Counted from the stretch's first letter, positions 49,295-59,561 are shown. The stretch: DNA of 64,000 nucleotides from Sphingomonadaceae bacterium (GCA_039808025.1 JBDHSK010000009.1:82176-146175), one strand, 5' to 3'. The notes: generated by a model not told the origin, from the sequence alone. Program-made: numbers and translations.

Positions 49295-49455
49295 GAAGGT
49301 CCACTCCCGTATGTGATATTGTGTGGGCCCCAATAGCCACGAAAGAGGCGGGAGGGGAAGCCGCCGTGCGAAAAAATGAGCAGCGGGGAAAAAAGAAGGG
49401 CCGCCCCCGGTGGGGAGCGACCCTTACAGGTCAGAAAGTGGTTAATCCTGCCGGA

Positions 49456-49737
49456 TTATTGTGCCGGGGCAGCAGCGTCAGCCGGGGCAACGGCAGCATC
49501 GGCCGCAGCCGTGGCAGCATCAGCCGGAGCGGCAGCAACGTCAGCCGGAGCGGCAGCCGCATCAGCCGGAACGGCGGCGGCAGCATCGACAGCAGCGGTA
49601 TCAGCCGGAGCAGTTTCAACGGCAGTGGTATCGGTCGTCGCAGCGGTTTCAGCCGGCTTCGATCCGCAGGCAACAACGAACAGTGCTGCACCCGCAACGA
49701 GGGCGCCAATCTTCAGCTTCCGGGCAATGTCAGCCAT
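49456..49737 (-). CDS. Ala/Pro/Asp-repeat lipoprotein
   Basis: Trimmed to ATG 49737. Lipobox FVVAC. Contains AAAPADVAAAPADAATAAADAAVAPADAAAPA, encoded by roughly 21-nt periodic DNA repeats around 49517-49580. Confidence 0.55.
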   Translation of the reverse strand: MADIARKLKIGALVAGAALFVVACGSKPAETAATTDTTAVETAPADTAAVDAAAAVPADAAAAPADVAAAPADAATAAADAAVAPADAAAPAQ

Positions 49738-49830
49738 GTAAAAACTCCTGTAAGGTATCATCACCGAGCAAAATCCCATAAGCCCGGAGCGGCGGCAATC
49801 TAGTCGAGATGGTTTGACAACACAAGCAGA

Positions 49831-50532
49831 TTAATGCGGTGTGAATGACTCCGGGCTGGCCGGGGGCCTGCCAAGCCTCTCCAGAAAGGCCGGAAGTCCG
49901 GAAAATAGGGCGTCATCGAGATCGCGCATCCCGACACCGGGCACCAAGTCGGCAAGCCGCGTTACGCCCAGCGCCGAAATTCCGCAGGGGACGATGGCGT
50001 CATAATGCCCCAGATCGGTCGCGACATTGATCGCAACCCCATGGAAACTGACCCAGCGACGGATGCGAACACCAATGGCCGCGATCTTGGCAAGCCCGCG
50101 AGCAGTCTCAGTCCAGACGCCGACCCCGGCATCGTCGATCCGTGCTGTTACCCCCAAAGTGGCAAGTGCATCGATCACCCACCATTCCAGAGCGCTGACA
50201 TAGGCCCGCACGTCACGGCCGCGTATGTTCAGATCGAGCATCGGGTATACCACCCGCTGGCCGGGTCCATGGTAGGTGAACTGGCCACCCCGTCCGGCTT
50301 CCACCACCGGGAAACGGTCGGGCAGCAAGAGGTCAGCGGAGCGGGCGCTGGTGCCGGCCGTGATGACGGGTGGATGCTCGACCAGCCAGATCCGTTCGCC
50401 AGTCGTGCCGGCGGCAATGGCGGCAGCGTGCGCTTCCATGGCGTCCAGCGCCTGGACATAGGGAGTGAGCCCCGGCTCGACCAGCCATTGCGGTAGTGGA
50501 GGTGTGGCCCCTGAGGCAGCGGAAGGGCTCAT
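49831..50532 (-). CDS. lipB: Octanoyltransferase LipB
   Basis: [26 protein letters not shown] and [21 protein letters not shown] overlap with glk. Confidence 0.9.
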   Translation of the reverse strand: MSPSAASGATPPLPQWLVEPGLTPYVQALDAMEAHAAAIAAGTTGERIWLVEHPPVITAGTSARSADLLLPDRFPVVEAGRGGQFTYHGPGQRVVYPMLDLNIRGRDVRAYVSALEWWVIDALATLGVTARIDDAGVGVWTETARGLAKIAAIGVRIRRWVSFHGVAINVATDLGHYDAIVPCGISALGVTRLADLVPGVGMRDLDDALFSGLPAFLERLGRPPASPESFTPH

Positions 50533-51503
50533 GTCGCCACCTGGGCGGCAAGGGCCGCTGCCGCCCCCAGCAGGCCCGGCTCGGCATGGGTGATCCGGCT
50601 GACCGGGATGCCAGCCATGCGCTGTTGAAACCGCCCTTTGGCAGTAAAACCGCTGGCGAACGACGATGAACGCAGCCGGTCGCCAAGGCGTTCGGTGATC
50701 CCGCCCGCCAGAACCAGGGCCGAGGCGCCATGGGCCAGCACGAAATCGCCGCAGACGCTTCCAAAGCAGTGGCAGAAGATGTCGAGCGCCCGCACTGCCA
50801 ACGCATCGCTACCGGCGAGTGCGGCGCTCCAGCATTCCCGGTCGTCGATGGTGGGAACAGGCTGACCTTCAACAGCCGCCAGACCGCAGGCTATGGCCAG
50901 AAGCCCCGGTCCCGACACGATCCGTTCCACCGAGACACGCTTGTGACGGGTGTGCAACCAGGCCAGCACCGCGTCCTGCAGCGGATCGGTCGAGGCGAAA
51001 CCGACATGGCCGCCTTCGGTTTCAATGACCTGTGGGTGGCGACCATTCAGCAAGATGGCAACCCCCAGTCCGGTTCCTGGTCCGACGATGCTGACCACCC
51101 CATTGGCGGGCAACGGCACCTGTGGCCCGATGACGTGGCGCAGCCCGGCTTGTTCGCCCTGAGCGGTAGCATAGCCTACTGCCCCGAAATCATTCAGGAA
51201 ATACGTGTGTTCCAACCCCAGATGTGTGGCCAGCCCGGCCTTGTCGATGCGCCAGTGATTGTTGGTGACGGAAATGACAGGTGAATCGACAGGGCCGGCG
51301 ATGGCGATGGCGGCATAGAGGGGCAGATCGCGGGCCAGCGAACGGCCATAGGCCGCCCAGGCATCTTCGAGGCTCTCGTGCGCACTGGTTAGCAGCTTTT
51401 GAATATCGCCGAGGGATTCAACCTGGTTGTCACGGATGCGGGCGATGGCGAACCGGGCGTGGGTGCCGCCAATATCGACTGATACTGCTTCGAATTCTGT
51501 CAT
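50529..51503 (-). CDS. glk: Glucokinase
   Basis: [15 protein letters not shown]-binding N-terminus and GPGTGLGV. 324 aa. Confidence 0.85.
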   Translation of the reverse strand: MTEFEAVSVDIGGTHARFAIARIRDNQVESLGDIQKLLTSAHESLEDAWAAYGRSLARDLPLYAAIAIAGPVDSPVISVTNNHWRIDKAGLATHLGLEHTYFLNDFGAVGYATAQGEQAGLRHVIGPQVPLPANGVVSIVGPGTGLGVAILLNGRHPQVIETEGGHVGFASTDPLQDAVLAWLHTRHKRVSVERIVSGPGLLAIACGLAAVEGQPVPTIDDRECWSAALAGSDALAVRALDIFCHCFGSVCGDFVLAHGASALVLAGGITERLGDRLRSSSFASGFTAKGRFQQRMAGIPVSRITHAEPGLLGAAAALAAQVAT

Positions 51504-51633
51504 TACGCTGTGATCCTGGGCTACGCCAGGGTGGGGTGGTTCTGATCAGCGCCCGTTGTCAAGGCCCGGGCCCGCAACGGGGGCCTCACGCTCAGGTCGC
51601 GCAGATCATCCACGCAACAACGATGGCAGAAAC

Positions 51634-51675
51634 CGCCAATCCGTGAAACGCCAATCCGTGAAACGCCAATCCGTG
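51634..51675. repeat. 15-bp tandem repeat, 2.8 copies (cgccaatccgtgaaa)
   Basis: Read directly. Lies in the 265-bp gap upstream of glk and downstream of the S41 peptidase gene. Confidence 0.9.
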
Positions 51676-51768
51676 CCTTCCCTGTCTGGTTTTCCTGCCC
51701 GAAGCTGATCATCCCCGTGGTTTGATTGCTTGCCGGGCGTTGGCATGCCTGCTTCCCCGGAAGGCTGT

Positions 51769-52953
51769 TCAGCCCATGCATTTTTGTCGTCGGGCAGAAT
51801 TCGCAACAGCCTGCGCAGTGACCGCAGGCGGCGAGGACCGGACAGTATTACCTGGTGCCGGATGGTTCACTGATAAGGAATTGTCCTGAGATGGTGTGGT
51901 CTTGGCAAGCTCCAGCGCTGTAGCCAGCGCATCGACGGCCTTCACCGGGACATCGGGAATGATGCCCACCTTTTCCCAGCCCTTGCCGGTATCAGCAAGA
52001 TAACTGCGGCCAACGGGGATGAAGGCCGCGAAACCGTCGGGAAGCCTGACCAGTGGACCAAAATGATCAGCACCGCCGGTCGTCTCGCCGATCACAACCG
52101 CCCGCCCGGCATGTTGCAGGGCCAGCGCCATATGTTCAGCGGCCGACAAAGTGGAAGCCGATGTCAGCACATAAAGGTTGGCGTCTGCAAGCTTTGCAGG
52201 AGGCTGATGGGGCTGAACCCAATGATCATAGCGCCGCAAACCTGCCGGTGCCGGAACGGCCAGAATTGAATTTGGCGATGAGGGTGGCGAGGCATTTGGG
52301 CGTGGTCCCGCCGTTGCCCTGGAATCCATGCGCATCAGCAGCCGTGACGAGCTGAAGAACCAGGGCAGGATGACATCCATCGGCGCCAGTGTTCCGCCGG
52401 CATTGCCACGCAAGTCTAGAATGAAGCCGCGCGCGTTTTCATGGGCGGCCATGAAGTCTTCGAGGCGGGCGATGTCGGGCTGGCTGCACAGCATGTTGCC
52501 AAGTCTAAGGTAGGCGATGTGCGGGGCCACCCAGCCGTTGGCGGGTGTTGGCGGGTTGGCCGGGGCGCTGTCTTCGGAAAGGGCGCGCAGTGGCGTTGTG
52601 GCGCCACCTGCCAATACCCGCAGGTGCCTGTCGGGGGCGAGTGCTTGCAGATCGTCGGTCAGCAGGCGGGCGAGATCGGCCCGGCTGGTAACATGATCAT
52701 AGGCGCCACTGTTGGCACGACGACGAAGCATGGCGGCGTAACCACTGGCATTCTCACGAGAAAAGTACAGCCTTTCGATGACCTTTGCCAGTTCTGTGGC
52801 AATGGCGCGCGGATCAAAGTTCCGGTTTACCGTCTGCTCGGCGGCGCCAGCCCGATCACTCTGGGCGGGGGACACCAGCCCGGCTAGCAGCGCCAAGGCC
52901 GGCATGACCGTACGGAACGCTGTAGCTGCCCTAGAAGTCAGAGCAGATACCAT
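51769..52953 (-). CDS. Secreted S41-family (tail-specific-protease-like) peptidase
   Basis: [11 protein letters not shown] and [18 protein letters not shown]...VVIGETTGG. Start set at Met34 (52953) to give a signal peptide and to accommodate the upstream DUF1674 gene. Confidence 0.7.
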   Translation of the reverse strand: MVSALTSRAATAFRTVMPALALLAGLVSPAQSDRAGAAEQTVNRNFDPRAIATELAKVIERLYFSRENASGYAAMLRRRANSGAYDHVTSRADLARLLTDDLQALAPDRHLRVLAGGATTPLRALSEDSAPANPPTPANGWVAPHIAYLRLGNMLCSQPDIARLEDFMAAHENARGFILDLRGNAGGTLAPMDVILPWFFSSSRLLMRMDSRATAGPRPNASPPSSPNSILAVPAPAGLRRYDHWVQPHQPPAKLADANLYVLTSASTLSAAEHMALALQHAGRAVVIGETTGGADHFGPLVRLPDGFAAFIPVGRSYLADTGKGWEKVGIIPDVPVKAVDALATALELAKTTPSQDNSLSVNHPAPGNTVRSSPPAVTAQAVANSARRQKCMG

Positions 52954-53122
52954 TCTTCTCCCAGTCGCCATAGCGGGTGGGCTCCGGGCCCTTTGGCCCG
53001 CCGGTTTCCCTGGCGGGGGAATGGGAGTTGTCCGCTGGCGCCGGTATCTCAAGGCCTGTGGTCGGCGAAGATGATGGATCGGCTGACGGTTCTTTCGTTG
53101 CAGTGGTTGCTGGCGACGGCAT
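52931..53122 (-). CDS. DUF1674 / SDHAF4-like miniprotein
   Basis: 63 aa. The C-terminus [19 protein letters not shown] matches the DUF1674 (succinate dehydrogenase assembly factor 4-like) signature as I recall it. Confidence 0.7.
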   Translation of the reverse strand: MPSPATTATKEPSADPSSSPTTGLEIPAPADNSHSPARETGGPKGPEPTRYGDWEKNGICSDF

Positions 53123-53255
53123 AAATCACTCCGGAATATGCAGCCATTGTGTTACAGCTGCAGGTGAAACACAACGCCATTGCGCCTGTTCCCGGCATGA
53201 TGCCCGGCCAGAGGCCTTTCCGGCGTCAGGCAGGGCAAGGAAAGCAGACAAAACC

Positions 53256-54524
53256 ATGAATGCAGGCAGGGCCGCAGCGGTCAATCAACCGCCGGGTGTG
53301 GCGCCACGGCGCGCTGCAATGACACTTGTGCACAATGTCACGGTGCTGGGGCGGCCACTTGATTCGATGCTTGACCGGGTTTTGCAGGGTTTGTCGCCCA
53401 GCGACCGCGGGCTCGCGCGGGCACTGGCCAGCGGCGCCCTGCGACACCTGCCGGGGCTTGACCGGTTGATCGACAGCGCCACCCGCAACCCTCTGGCGAC
53501 CGATGCGCGTGCCCGGCAGGTGTTGCGGATTGCCCTTGCCGGGCGGTTGCTTCTCGATACGCCCGAACATGCCGTGGTTGCCACCATATTGCCATTGGTG
53601 GAAGGAGGGCCGCGCCGGCTGGTGCATGGGGTCTTGTCGACCCTGCTTCGCAAGCAGGCTGTTCTGCCAACGCCGGAACTTCCTGCGTTCTGGGGGCAGC
53701 GGTGGCGAGAAACCTGGGGCGACTCTGTCGTCGCAGCGGCGGCCAGGCGTTTGGCCACGGTTCCGCAAACCGATCTCACTCTGAAAGACCCGGCGCAAAC
53801 CGCGGAATGGATGGACCGGCTGGGGGCCACATCGCTGATGCCCGGCCACCTGCGGCTGCCGGATGCGCCGCCGATCGAACAACTGCCAGGCTATGCGGAA
53901 GGCCAGTGGTGGGTTCAGGATATTGCCGCTGCCATTCCCGCCCGCCTGCTGAGCGACCTTGCTGGCCTGCGGGTTCTCGATCTCTGTGCGGCACCCGGCG
54001 GCAAGACCATGCAATTGGCCGCCGCAGGCGCACAGGTAACGGCACTCGACCTGTCGGCCGCCCGGCTGAAGCGGTTGCAGGCGAACCTCGAACGCGTGCA
54101 CCTGTCGGCCGGGATCGTCGCTGCCGACGCCCGGGATTGGGAGCCGGCAGAACCGTTCGATGCCATTCTGCTGGATGCCCCCTGTTCGGCGACCGGAACC
54201 TTTGGCCGCCACCCCGACCTGTTATACATCAAGCAGAACCTCGACTTGGACAGGCCGGTTGCCTTGCAGCGTCTGCTGCTGGAACGCGCTGCCCGCTGGC
54301 TGAAACCGGAGGGCCGACTGGTTTTTGCCGTCTGCTCGATGGAGCCTGCCGAGGGAGAGATTCAGGTGGCGCCCCAGGGCCTGGTTCCTGACCCGATCGA
54401 TGGAACCGAACTGCCTTCGGGGCTGGTCGCCGATGCAAAAGGTGCCGTCCGCATCCTTCCTTCGACATGGGGGTCCGAAGGAGGAGCGGACGGCTTTTAT
54501 ATCGCGCGGTTCAGGAAGGGGTAG
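53256..54524 (+). CDS. rsmB: 16S rRNA (cytosine-C5) methyltransferase RsmB/Sun
   Basis: Trimmed to ATG 53256. NusB-like N-domain, SAM motif LDLCAAPGGKT and catalytic DAPCSATG. Confidence 0.85.
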   Translation: MNAGRAAAVNQPPGVAPRRAAMTLVHNVTVLGRPLDSMLDRVLQGLSPSDRGLARALASGALRHLPGLDRLIDSATRNPLATDARARQVLRIALAGRLLLDTPEHAVVATILPLVEGGPRRLVHGVLSTLLRKQAVLPTPELPAFWGQRWRETWGDSVVAAAARRLATVPQTDLTLKDPAQTAEWMDRLGATSLMPGHLRLPDAPPIEQLPGYAEGQWWVQDIAAAIPARLLSDLAGLRVLDLCAAPGGKTMQLAAAGAQVTALDLSAARLKRLQANLERVHLSAGIVAADARDWEPAEPFDAILLDAPCSATGTFGRHPDLLYIKQNLDLDRPVALQRLLLERAARWLKPEGRLVFAVCSMEPAEGEIQVAPQGLVPDPIDGTELPSGLVADAKGAVRILPSTWGSEGGADGFYIARFRKG

Positions 54525-54554
54525 CTGGGCCGCGCGATATTCCGGCCGGGGCCG

Positions 54555-55142
54555 CTAGCGGCAGCGAACGTCACCCTTGGCGATCTGGTTCCCCAGAACC
54601 GCGCCCAGCGTGCCACCAATAATGCTGCCGACGGTTTTTTCTCCATGCCCGGCGATCAGGTTACCCAGGGTACCACCGGCAATCGCACCGATGATGGTGC
54701 CGGTGGTTCCATCAGAGCGGCGGCAGTAGACCTGCCCGTTCGGGCCCCACCAATAGGGGTTCGACGAACGATAGGCGGCATTGTTGTAAACCGGCCCGGA
54801 ATATACGGGGTAGCCACCACTGCCATAATAATAGCCGTTATTATAGCGGTTGTTATAATATCTATCGTAGTAACGCCGGTTATCAATCCTGCGGCCATCC
54901 TGATAGCCATTGGCATAAGCCCGGGCCCGCATCTGCTGCCGCTTCTGGTTCAGCCAGCGCAGATCCTGCTGGCGTTCGTTACGGTAATTGTCGCGCATGT
55001 TGCGCTGATACCGATACTGACCGCCGCGCCAGTCGTTACTGTAGCTGGCGCGCCGATCATGATCTTGCGGGTGTGCCGTGGCCGGAACGGCCAGCATCGC
55101 CATTGCCAGCCCCGTTGCGACCGTACCAATCCATCCGTTCAT
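54555..55142 (-). CDS. Secreted Tyr/Asn/Arg-rich protein with C-terminal glycine-zipper (17-kDa-antigen-like) domain
   Basis: Trimmed to ATG 55142. Signal peptide, a long R/Y/N/Q low-complexity region, then GTIIGAIAGGTLGNLIAG...GSIIGGTLGAVLG. Confidence 0.65.
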   Translation of the reverse strand: MNGWIGTVATGLAMAMLAVPATAHPQDHDRRASYSNDWRGGQYRYQRNMRDNYRNERQQDLRWLNQKRQQMRARAYANGYQDGRRIDNRRYYDRYYNNRYNNGYYYGSGGYPVYSGPVYNNAAYRSSNPYWWGPNGQVYCRRSDGTTGTIIGAIAGGTLGNLIAGHGEKTVGSIIGGTLGAVLGNQIAKGDVRCR

Positions 55143-55248
55143 CGACCATCCTCCGTTGAACATGGGAAATGTATGACATGGAACGGCTGTCGTGAAACTG
55201 AAGCATCAGTTAATAGGCCGGACATCTGGCGCCACGGCAAGGAATGCA

Positions 55249-56325
55249 ATGATACGTATCAGGATGGATCGGCGGCTGGCCCCTGTTGCGCTGGTGCTGG
55301 GCGTTGCGGTGATAGCTGCCTATGCTGCGGCAGCACCAGCGCCGAAGGGGCGTGACCAACAGGTAAGGCCGCTCGCCGTCACGGCGCGCGCAGTACCGCT
55401 GAACCCGCACGATAACGGACAGGAACGCATCGGCAGGCTGCGCTATCTGGGCGGGCTGGTGCTGACTTCGTCTGATCCGCGCTTTGGCGGCATCTCGGGC
55501 CTGTTGTGGGAGCCGGGTTGCCGACGGCTGCTGGCCGCCAGCGACGATGGATACTGGTTCATTCTGGAACCGGCCGAGCAGGGCGAGAAGCTGACCGGGA
55601 TCAGCAGCGGCTGGATCTCGACCTTTCATCGCGCCGGCGATCAGCCGATCACAAGCAAAAGTGAGGTGGATGCCGAGGCACTGGCCCGCGACGGCGACGG
55701 TGCAGTCTGGGCATTCTTCGAGCAGGAGCATCGCGCGGAACGCTTCGCGGGTCTGACGGCCTGTCAGCCGGAAACGCTGACAAGAGCAGCAGACCGCAGG
55801 TGGCCGCTTCCGGAAACCCGTGGGTGGGCGATGAACGGCGGCGCCGAAGCCGCTTCCGGCATGGGCGATGCGCTGGCCTATCTGTCGGAATCGTCGACGA
55901 CGGTTGCGGGCGCCCGTGATCGGCGTGGCGTGATTGCCTCGCCGGATGCCCCCAACCCGGAGCCACGGGTTTTTGCCTATGCAGTGCCTGCCGGCTTCTC
56001 TCCGACCGACATGGATGCCCTGAACGGCGATGGCAGCGATGGGCAAATGGTGATTCTGCATCGCCGTCTCTCAGGGCTTGGTGGATTTTCAGCCCTGATT
56101 TCATTGGCTGAGCTGCCCCGGAGCGCGGCGGCTGCCGAAGCCGTCCCGCACGACATTGCCCGAATTGCGGCACCCCTGACAGTTGACAATATGGAAGCGC
56201 TCGCCGTCCGTGCGGAGGGCGAGCGCCGATATCTCTATCTGATGTCAGACGATAACTACCGGGGGTTTCAGCGCACCCTGTTGCTCAAGTTCGAGCTGCT
56301 TCCCGAAGAACCGCCGGTAAAATGA
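55249..56325 (+). CDS. Phytase-like esterase domain protein (secreted)
   Basis: RFGGISGLLWEP...LLAASDDGYWF pattern. The start is uncertain: GTG 55192, ATG 55249 or ATG 55264. Confidence 0.5.
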   Translation: MIRIRMDRRLAPVALVLGVAVIAAYAAAAPAPKGRDQQVRPLAVTARAVPLNPHDNGQERIGRLRYLGGLVLTSSDPRFGGISGLLWEPGCRRLLAASDDGYWFILEPAEQGEKLTGISSGWISTFHRAGDQPITSKSEVDAEALARDGDGAVWAFFEQEHRAERFAGLTACQPETLTRAADRRWPLPETRGWAMNGGAEAASGMGDALAYLSESSTTVAGARDRRGVIASPDAPNPEPRVFAYAVPAGFSPTDMDALNGDGSDGQMVILHRRLSGLGGFSALISLAELPRSAAAAEAVPHDIARIAAPLTVDNMEALAVRAEGERRYLYLMSDDNYRGFQRTLLLKFELLPEEPPVK

Positions 56326-56355
56326 GCGTGGCCTGCTGGCCAACCTCATGAACGC

Positions 56356-56649
56356 TCAGGCGGCGTGTTCAGCTGATTTCTTGGCGATTTCGCGCTTCAG
56401 GCGGCGGGCCCGCAGGCTCAGTTTCTCAGCGCGGGTCTTCTTCAGCCAGTTGTCGAGGCCGCCCACATGCTCGACCGAGCGCAGACCATGAGTCGACACC
56501 TTGAGGCGCACCGAGCGGCCAAGCGTGTCAGACATCAGTGTCACCTGCTGCAGGTTGGGCAGGAAGGTGCGCTTGGTCTTGTTGTTGGCGTGGCTGACGT
56601 TGTGGCCGATCTGACGGCCCTTGCCGGTGAGTTCGCAGACGCGCGACAT
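56356..56649 (-). CDS. rpmB: 50S ribosomal protein L28
   Basis: Trimmed to ATG 56649. [34 protein letters not shown]. Confidence 0.93.
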   Translation of the reverse strand: MSRVCELTGKGRQIGHNVSHANNKTKRTFLPNLQQVTLMSDTLGRSVRLKVSTHGLRSVEHVGGLDNWLKKTRAEKLSLRARRLKREIAKKSAEHAA

Positions 56650-56812
56650 GGGGTTGATCCTTGAAATGAACTGTCCTGCAGGCAAACCCGCAGGCCGCCT
56701 GAAATGAAGGCGCGCCATAGCGGTCAGTGCCGGCGGCGTCAAGGTCACAGATAGTGCCATCAAGGACATATCCCGGCTGGACCACCACGCCGCAACATGC
56801 CAAAGCGTTGGT

Positions 56813-57103
56813 GTGCCGACATTTGCAATTCATTGTATCGACAAGCCGCTCCAGCAGGAGTTGCGTGCTGCCACCCGGGCAGAACACCTTGCCTATCTTG
56901 AGAACATGCTGGACAGCATCGTCGTTGCCGGGCCGCTACTCGACGAAGAAGGTAATGCGATCGGCACCATGCTGCTGATGGAGTTTCCCGACCGTCGCGC
57001 TGCCGTGGCGTTCGCAGCCGATGATCCCTACGCCCGCGCCGGCCTTTTCGCGAGTGTGGCAGTCACGGCCTGGCGGCAGACTTTCCCCCGTCAGCCGTCC
57101 TGA
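56813..57103 (+). CDS. YciI-family protein
   Basis: 96 aa. R..HL.YL...[11 protein letters not shown]...DPY pattern. Confidence 0.7.
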   Translation: MPTFAIHCIDKPLQQELRAATRAEHLAYLENMLDSIVVAGPLLDEEGNAIGTMLLMEFPDRRAAVAFAADDPYARAGLFASVAVTAWRQTFPRQPS

Positions 57104-57210
57104 CCGTAACTGTTGGCCGGGTCTGGCCGGGTCTGGCCAGTTGGCGGCGATGTGGGCGGAAAGCCTTTTTGCGATCAGGATCTGGCGCAAAGGGTGACCC
57201 CTACTCCGGG

Positions 57211-57735
57211 TCAGCCCAACCGTTTCAAGGCCGAATCCATGGTTCGTTGTGCCGCAGCCACCGCGGTGGCAACCTCTTCCGCCAGCTTTGCTACGGCGAT
57301 CCGGTCTGGATCGGTGGCAGCAAGGTCTTCTGTCAGCCTTAGAAGGGAGACGAGGCGGACATCGATGCTGCCGAGCGGTGTTCTGGCGAGATCGAATCGC
57401 GACAGGGCCATCTGCGCTGCACTCCACGCCTGGCTGCCCTGCCGGGAGACATCTGGCGCCTGAAGCAGCTTGCCGAGGGCGGCTCTGGTGACTGCCACCT
57501 CTTGCATGGTGGCAGCAAACGTCTGTTGTTCGCGGGCGAGGTCGGCCTTGAGGGCGGATCGCTCCTCGTCAGACAGTGAGGGGGGCACTGATTCGGAGGG
57601 TGAGGCAATGATGCGTGGCGTTTCCGCCGGGCGCGGCGCCAGCGAGGGAAAATCGCCACCGGTCAGGCCGCAGCCACACAGAAGCAGGGTGGGCAGCGTG
57701 GCCAGCAAAGCTGGGGGCAGGGGGCGGACAATCAT
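57211..57735 (-). CDS. Lipoprotein, unknown function
   Basis: Trimmed to ATG 57735. Signal peptide plus lipobox LLLCGC. Confidence 0.55.
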   Translation of the reverse strand: MIVRPLPPALLATLPTLLLCGCGLTGGDFPSLAPRPAETPRIIASPSESVPPSLSDEERSALKADLAREQQTFAATMQEVAVTRAALGKLLQAPDVSRQGSQAWSAAQMALSRFDLARTPLGSIDVRLVSLLRLTEDLAATDPDRIAVAKLAEEVATAVAAAQRTMDSALKRLG

Positions 57736-57810
57736 TGAAACTTCCTCAAGCAGGAGATGAAGGCGCTTGCAATCCCCGGAACGCTCCCCTATTGCGGCGG
57801 CCCGCAAGAC

Positions 57811-57887
57811 GCGCCCGTAGCTCAGCTGGATAGAGCATCAGACTACGAATCTGAGGGTCGGACGTTCGAATCGTTCCGGGCGCGCCA
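57811..57887 (+). tRNA. tRNA-Arg (anticodon ACG); integration target
   Basis: 77 nt. Acceptor gcgcccg/cgggcgc, anticodon arm tcaga-ctacgaa-tctga, T arm ggacgttcgaatcgttc, encoded CCA. Confidence 0.9.
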
Positions 57888-59543
57888 TTTCGGTTCAAAG
57901 GCACGAACGCCTAGCACCGCCGCCTCTACGCCAGAGGCGGCGGTTAGCGTTCGGAGCAGTTCGCTCCGCAGACCACGGATGCGGACCTCCTTCCGGCTCA
58001 CCACTTCGACCCGCTGCGCGACCGCACGAACCTGATCTCGGGCGAACGTTCCATCGCCGTTCCGCAGCTTCTTGCGCAGCGCGGTCGCAAAGGCGCGCAG
58101 GCTCTCCGGCGTGATCGCCGGACCGATCTTCACGATATGCGCCAGCGCGCGTTCGGCATCGCCCTTGGCCTGATCGCGCGTCGCGGTCAGCTCGGCGATG
58201 CGATCCTTAAGCGAAGAATCGTTCACGTCGATGACGCCGTTCTCGATCGCATCATAGAGTCGCTTGAGCTTCGCTTCGGCCTCGGTCGCACGCCGCTCAA
58301 GATCGGCGACATGCTCGCGGCGCTGGTTCACCCATTCGTCGCGGCGTTCGAGGATCTGATCCATCAGAACTTCGAGCCGCGCCGGGTCGAGCAGCCGCGC
58401 TTCGAGATGATCGACCACGGCCTCATTGAGCCGGTCCATCGGCACGGTGATGCCCGGACAGCCGGTCGCACCCTGCCGCGCCTTCGTCGAGCAGGTGTAA
58501 TAGCGATACTCTCGGCCGACGCTGCTGGTGCCGGTGCGCAGCGTCATCGCGCCGCCGCAGCACGCGCAGAAGCAGATGCCGGTGAGCAGCGTGGGTCCGC
58601 CCACCGCCATTGGCGCCATCATCTTGGGGCTGCGCGCCTTGAGCGAGCGTTGCACGGCCTCGAACTCGGCTTCCGACACGATCGCCGGCACTTCCATGAC
58701 GGCGTGCTCGCTCTCCGGCTTCGGCGTCTTCGTCTTGTGATCGCGGGTGTTGAAACGATGCTGGCCGATATAGGTCGTGCGGGTGAGAACCTGATGCACC
58801 GCGCCCAAGCCCCAGCGCCCGCCATCGCGAGTGCGGATGTTGTTCTCGTTGAGCCAGGTGGCGATCGACTTGAGGCCCATCGGCCCTTTGTTATCAACGC
58901 CGTTGAGCGCCATGCGGTAGATGCGCCGCACTGTCTCGGCCTGGATCGGGTCGATCTCCAGCTTCTTCTTGATCTTCGCGCCACGCTCGCCTGCCGCAAC
59001 CACGCGATAGCCGATCGGCGCCCGCGCGCCGTTCCAGAAGCCTTGCCGGGCATTCTCCTTCATCGCACGCAACGTGTGCTTGCCGTTCTCCTTCGACTGA
59101 TACTCATCGAACAGCGTCATGATCTGACGCATCATCACGCTCATCGGATCGTCGCCCAAATCCTGCGTGATGGAGATCAGCCGAACGCCGTTCTTCGCCA
59201 GCTTGCGAACGTAGAACTCAAACTGGAACTGGTCGCGAAAGAACCGCGAGAAGCTGTGGACGAGGATGACGTTGAATGCCGGCGGCTTGACCATCGCCGC
59301 GTCGATCATCGCCTGAAACGCCGGCCGGCGATCGTCGGTGGCGGTGTTGCCCGGCTCGACGAACTCAGCCGCGACCTCCCAGCCGCGCGACAGGCAATAG
59401 CCTTCGATTTGGCGGCGCTGGTCGGGAATCGACAGGTCGCTCTCGGCCTGGCGGCCGGTGGAAACCCGCAGGTAGAGCGCGGCGCGGGCGGTCGCCACGA
59501 CCGGCGCCTCATCCTCATCTCGTCGCAGGGCGGCGCTGGTCAT
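57843..59543 (-). CDS. Large serine recombinase (resolvase/invertase catalytic domain + recombinase + zinc-ribbon + coiled coil)
   Basis: ALYLRVSTGRQ, with the catalytic Ser codon at 59460-59462. Cys cluster CFCACCGG...YYTCSTKARQGATGC. Long helical C-terminal region. The stop TAG (57845-57843) lies in the tRNA-Arg anticodon loop. Confidence 0.88.
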   Translation of the reverse strand: MTSAALRRDEDEAPVVATARAALYLRVSTGRQAESDLSIPDQRRQIEGYCLSRGWEVAAEFVEPGNTATDDRRPAFQAMIDAAMVKPPAFNVILVHSFSRFFRDQFQFEFYVRKLAKNGVRLISITQDLGDDPMSVMMRQIMTLFDEYQSKENGKHTLRAMKENARQGFWNGARAPIGYRVVAAGERGAKIKKKLEIDPIQAETVRRIYRMALNGVDNKGPMGLKSIATWLNENNIRTRDGGRWGLGAVHQVLTRTTYIGQHRFNTRDHKTKTPKPESEHAVMEVPAIVSEAEFEAVQRSLKARSPKMMAPMAVGGPTLLTGICFCACCGGAMTLRTGTSSVGREYRYYTCSTKARQGATGCPGITVPMDRLNEAVVDHLEARLLDPARLEVLMDQILERRDEWVNQRREHVADLERRATEAEAKLKRLYDAIENGVIDVNDSSLKDRIAELTATRDQAKGDAERALAHIVKIGPAITPESLRAFATALRKKLRNGDGTFARDQVRAVAQRVEVVSRKEVRIRGLRSELLRTLTAASGVEAAVLGVRAFEPKWRARNDSNVRPSDS

Positions 59544-59561
59544 GACGCTTCACTCCTCACT

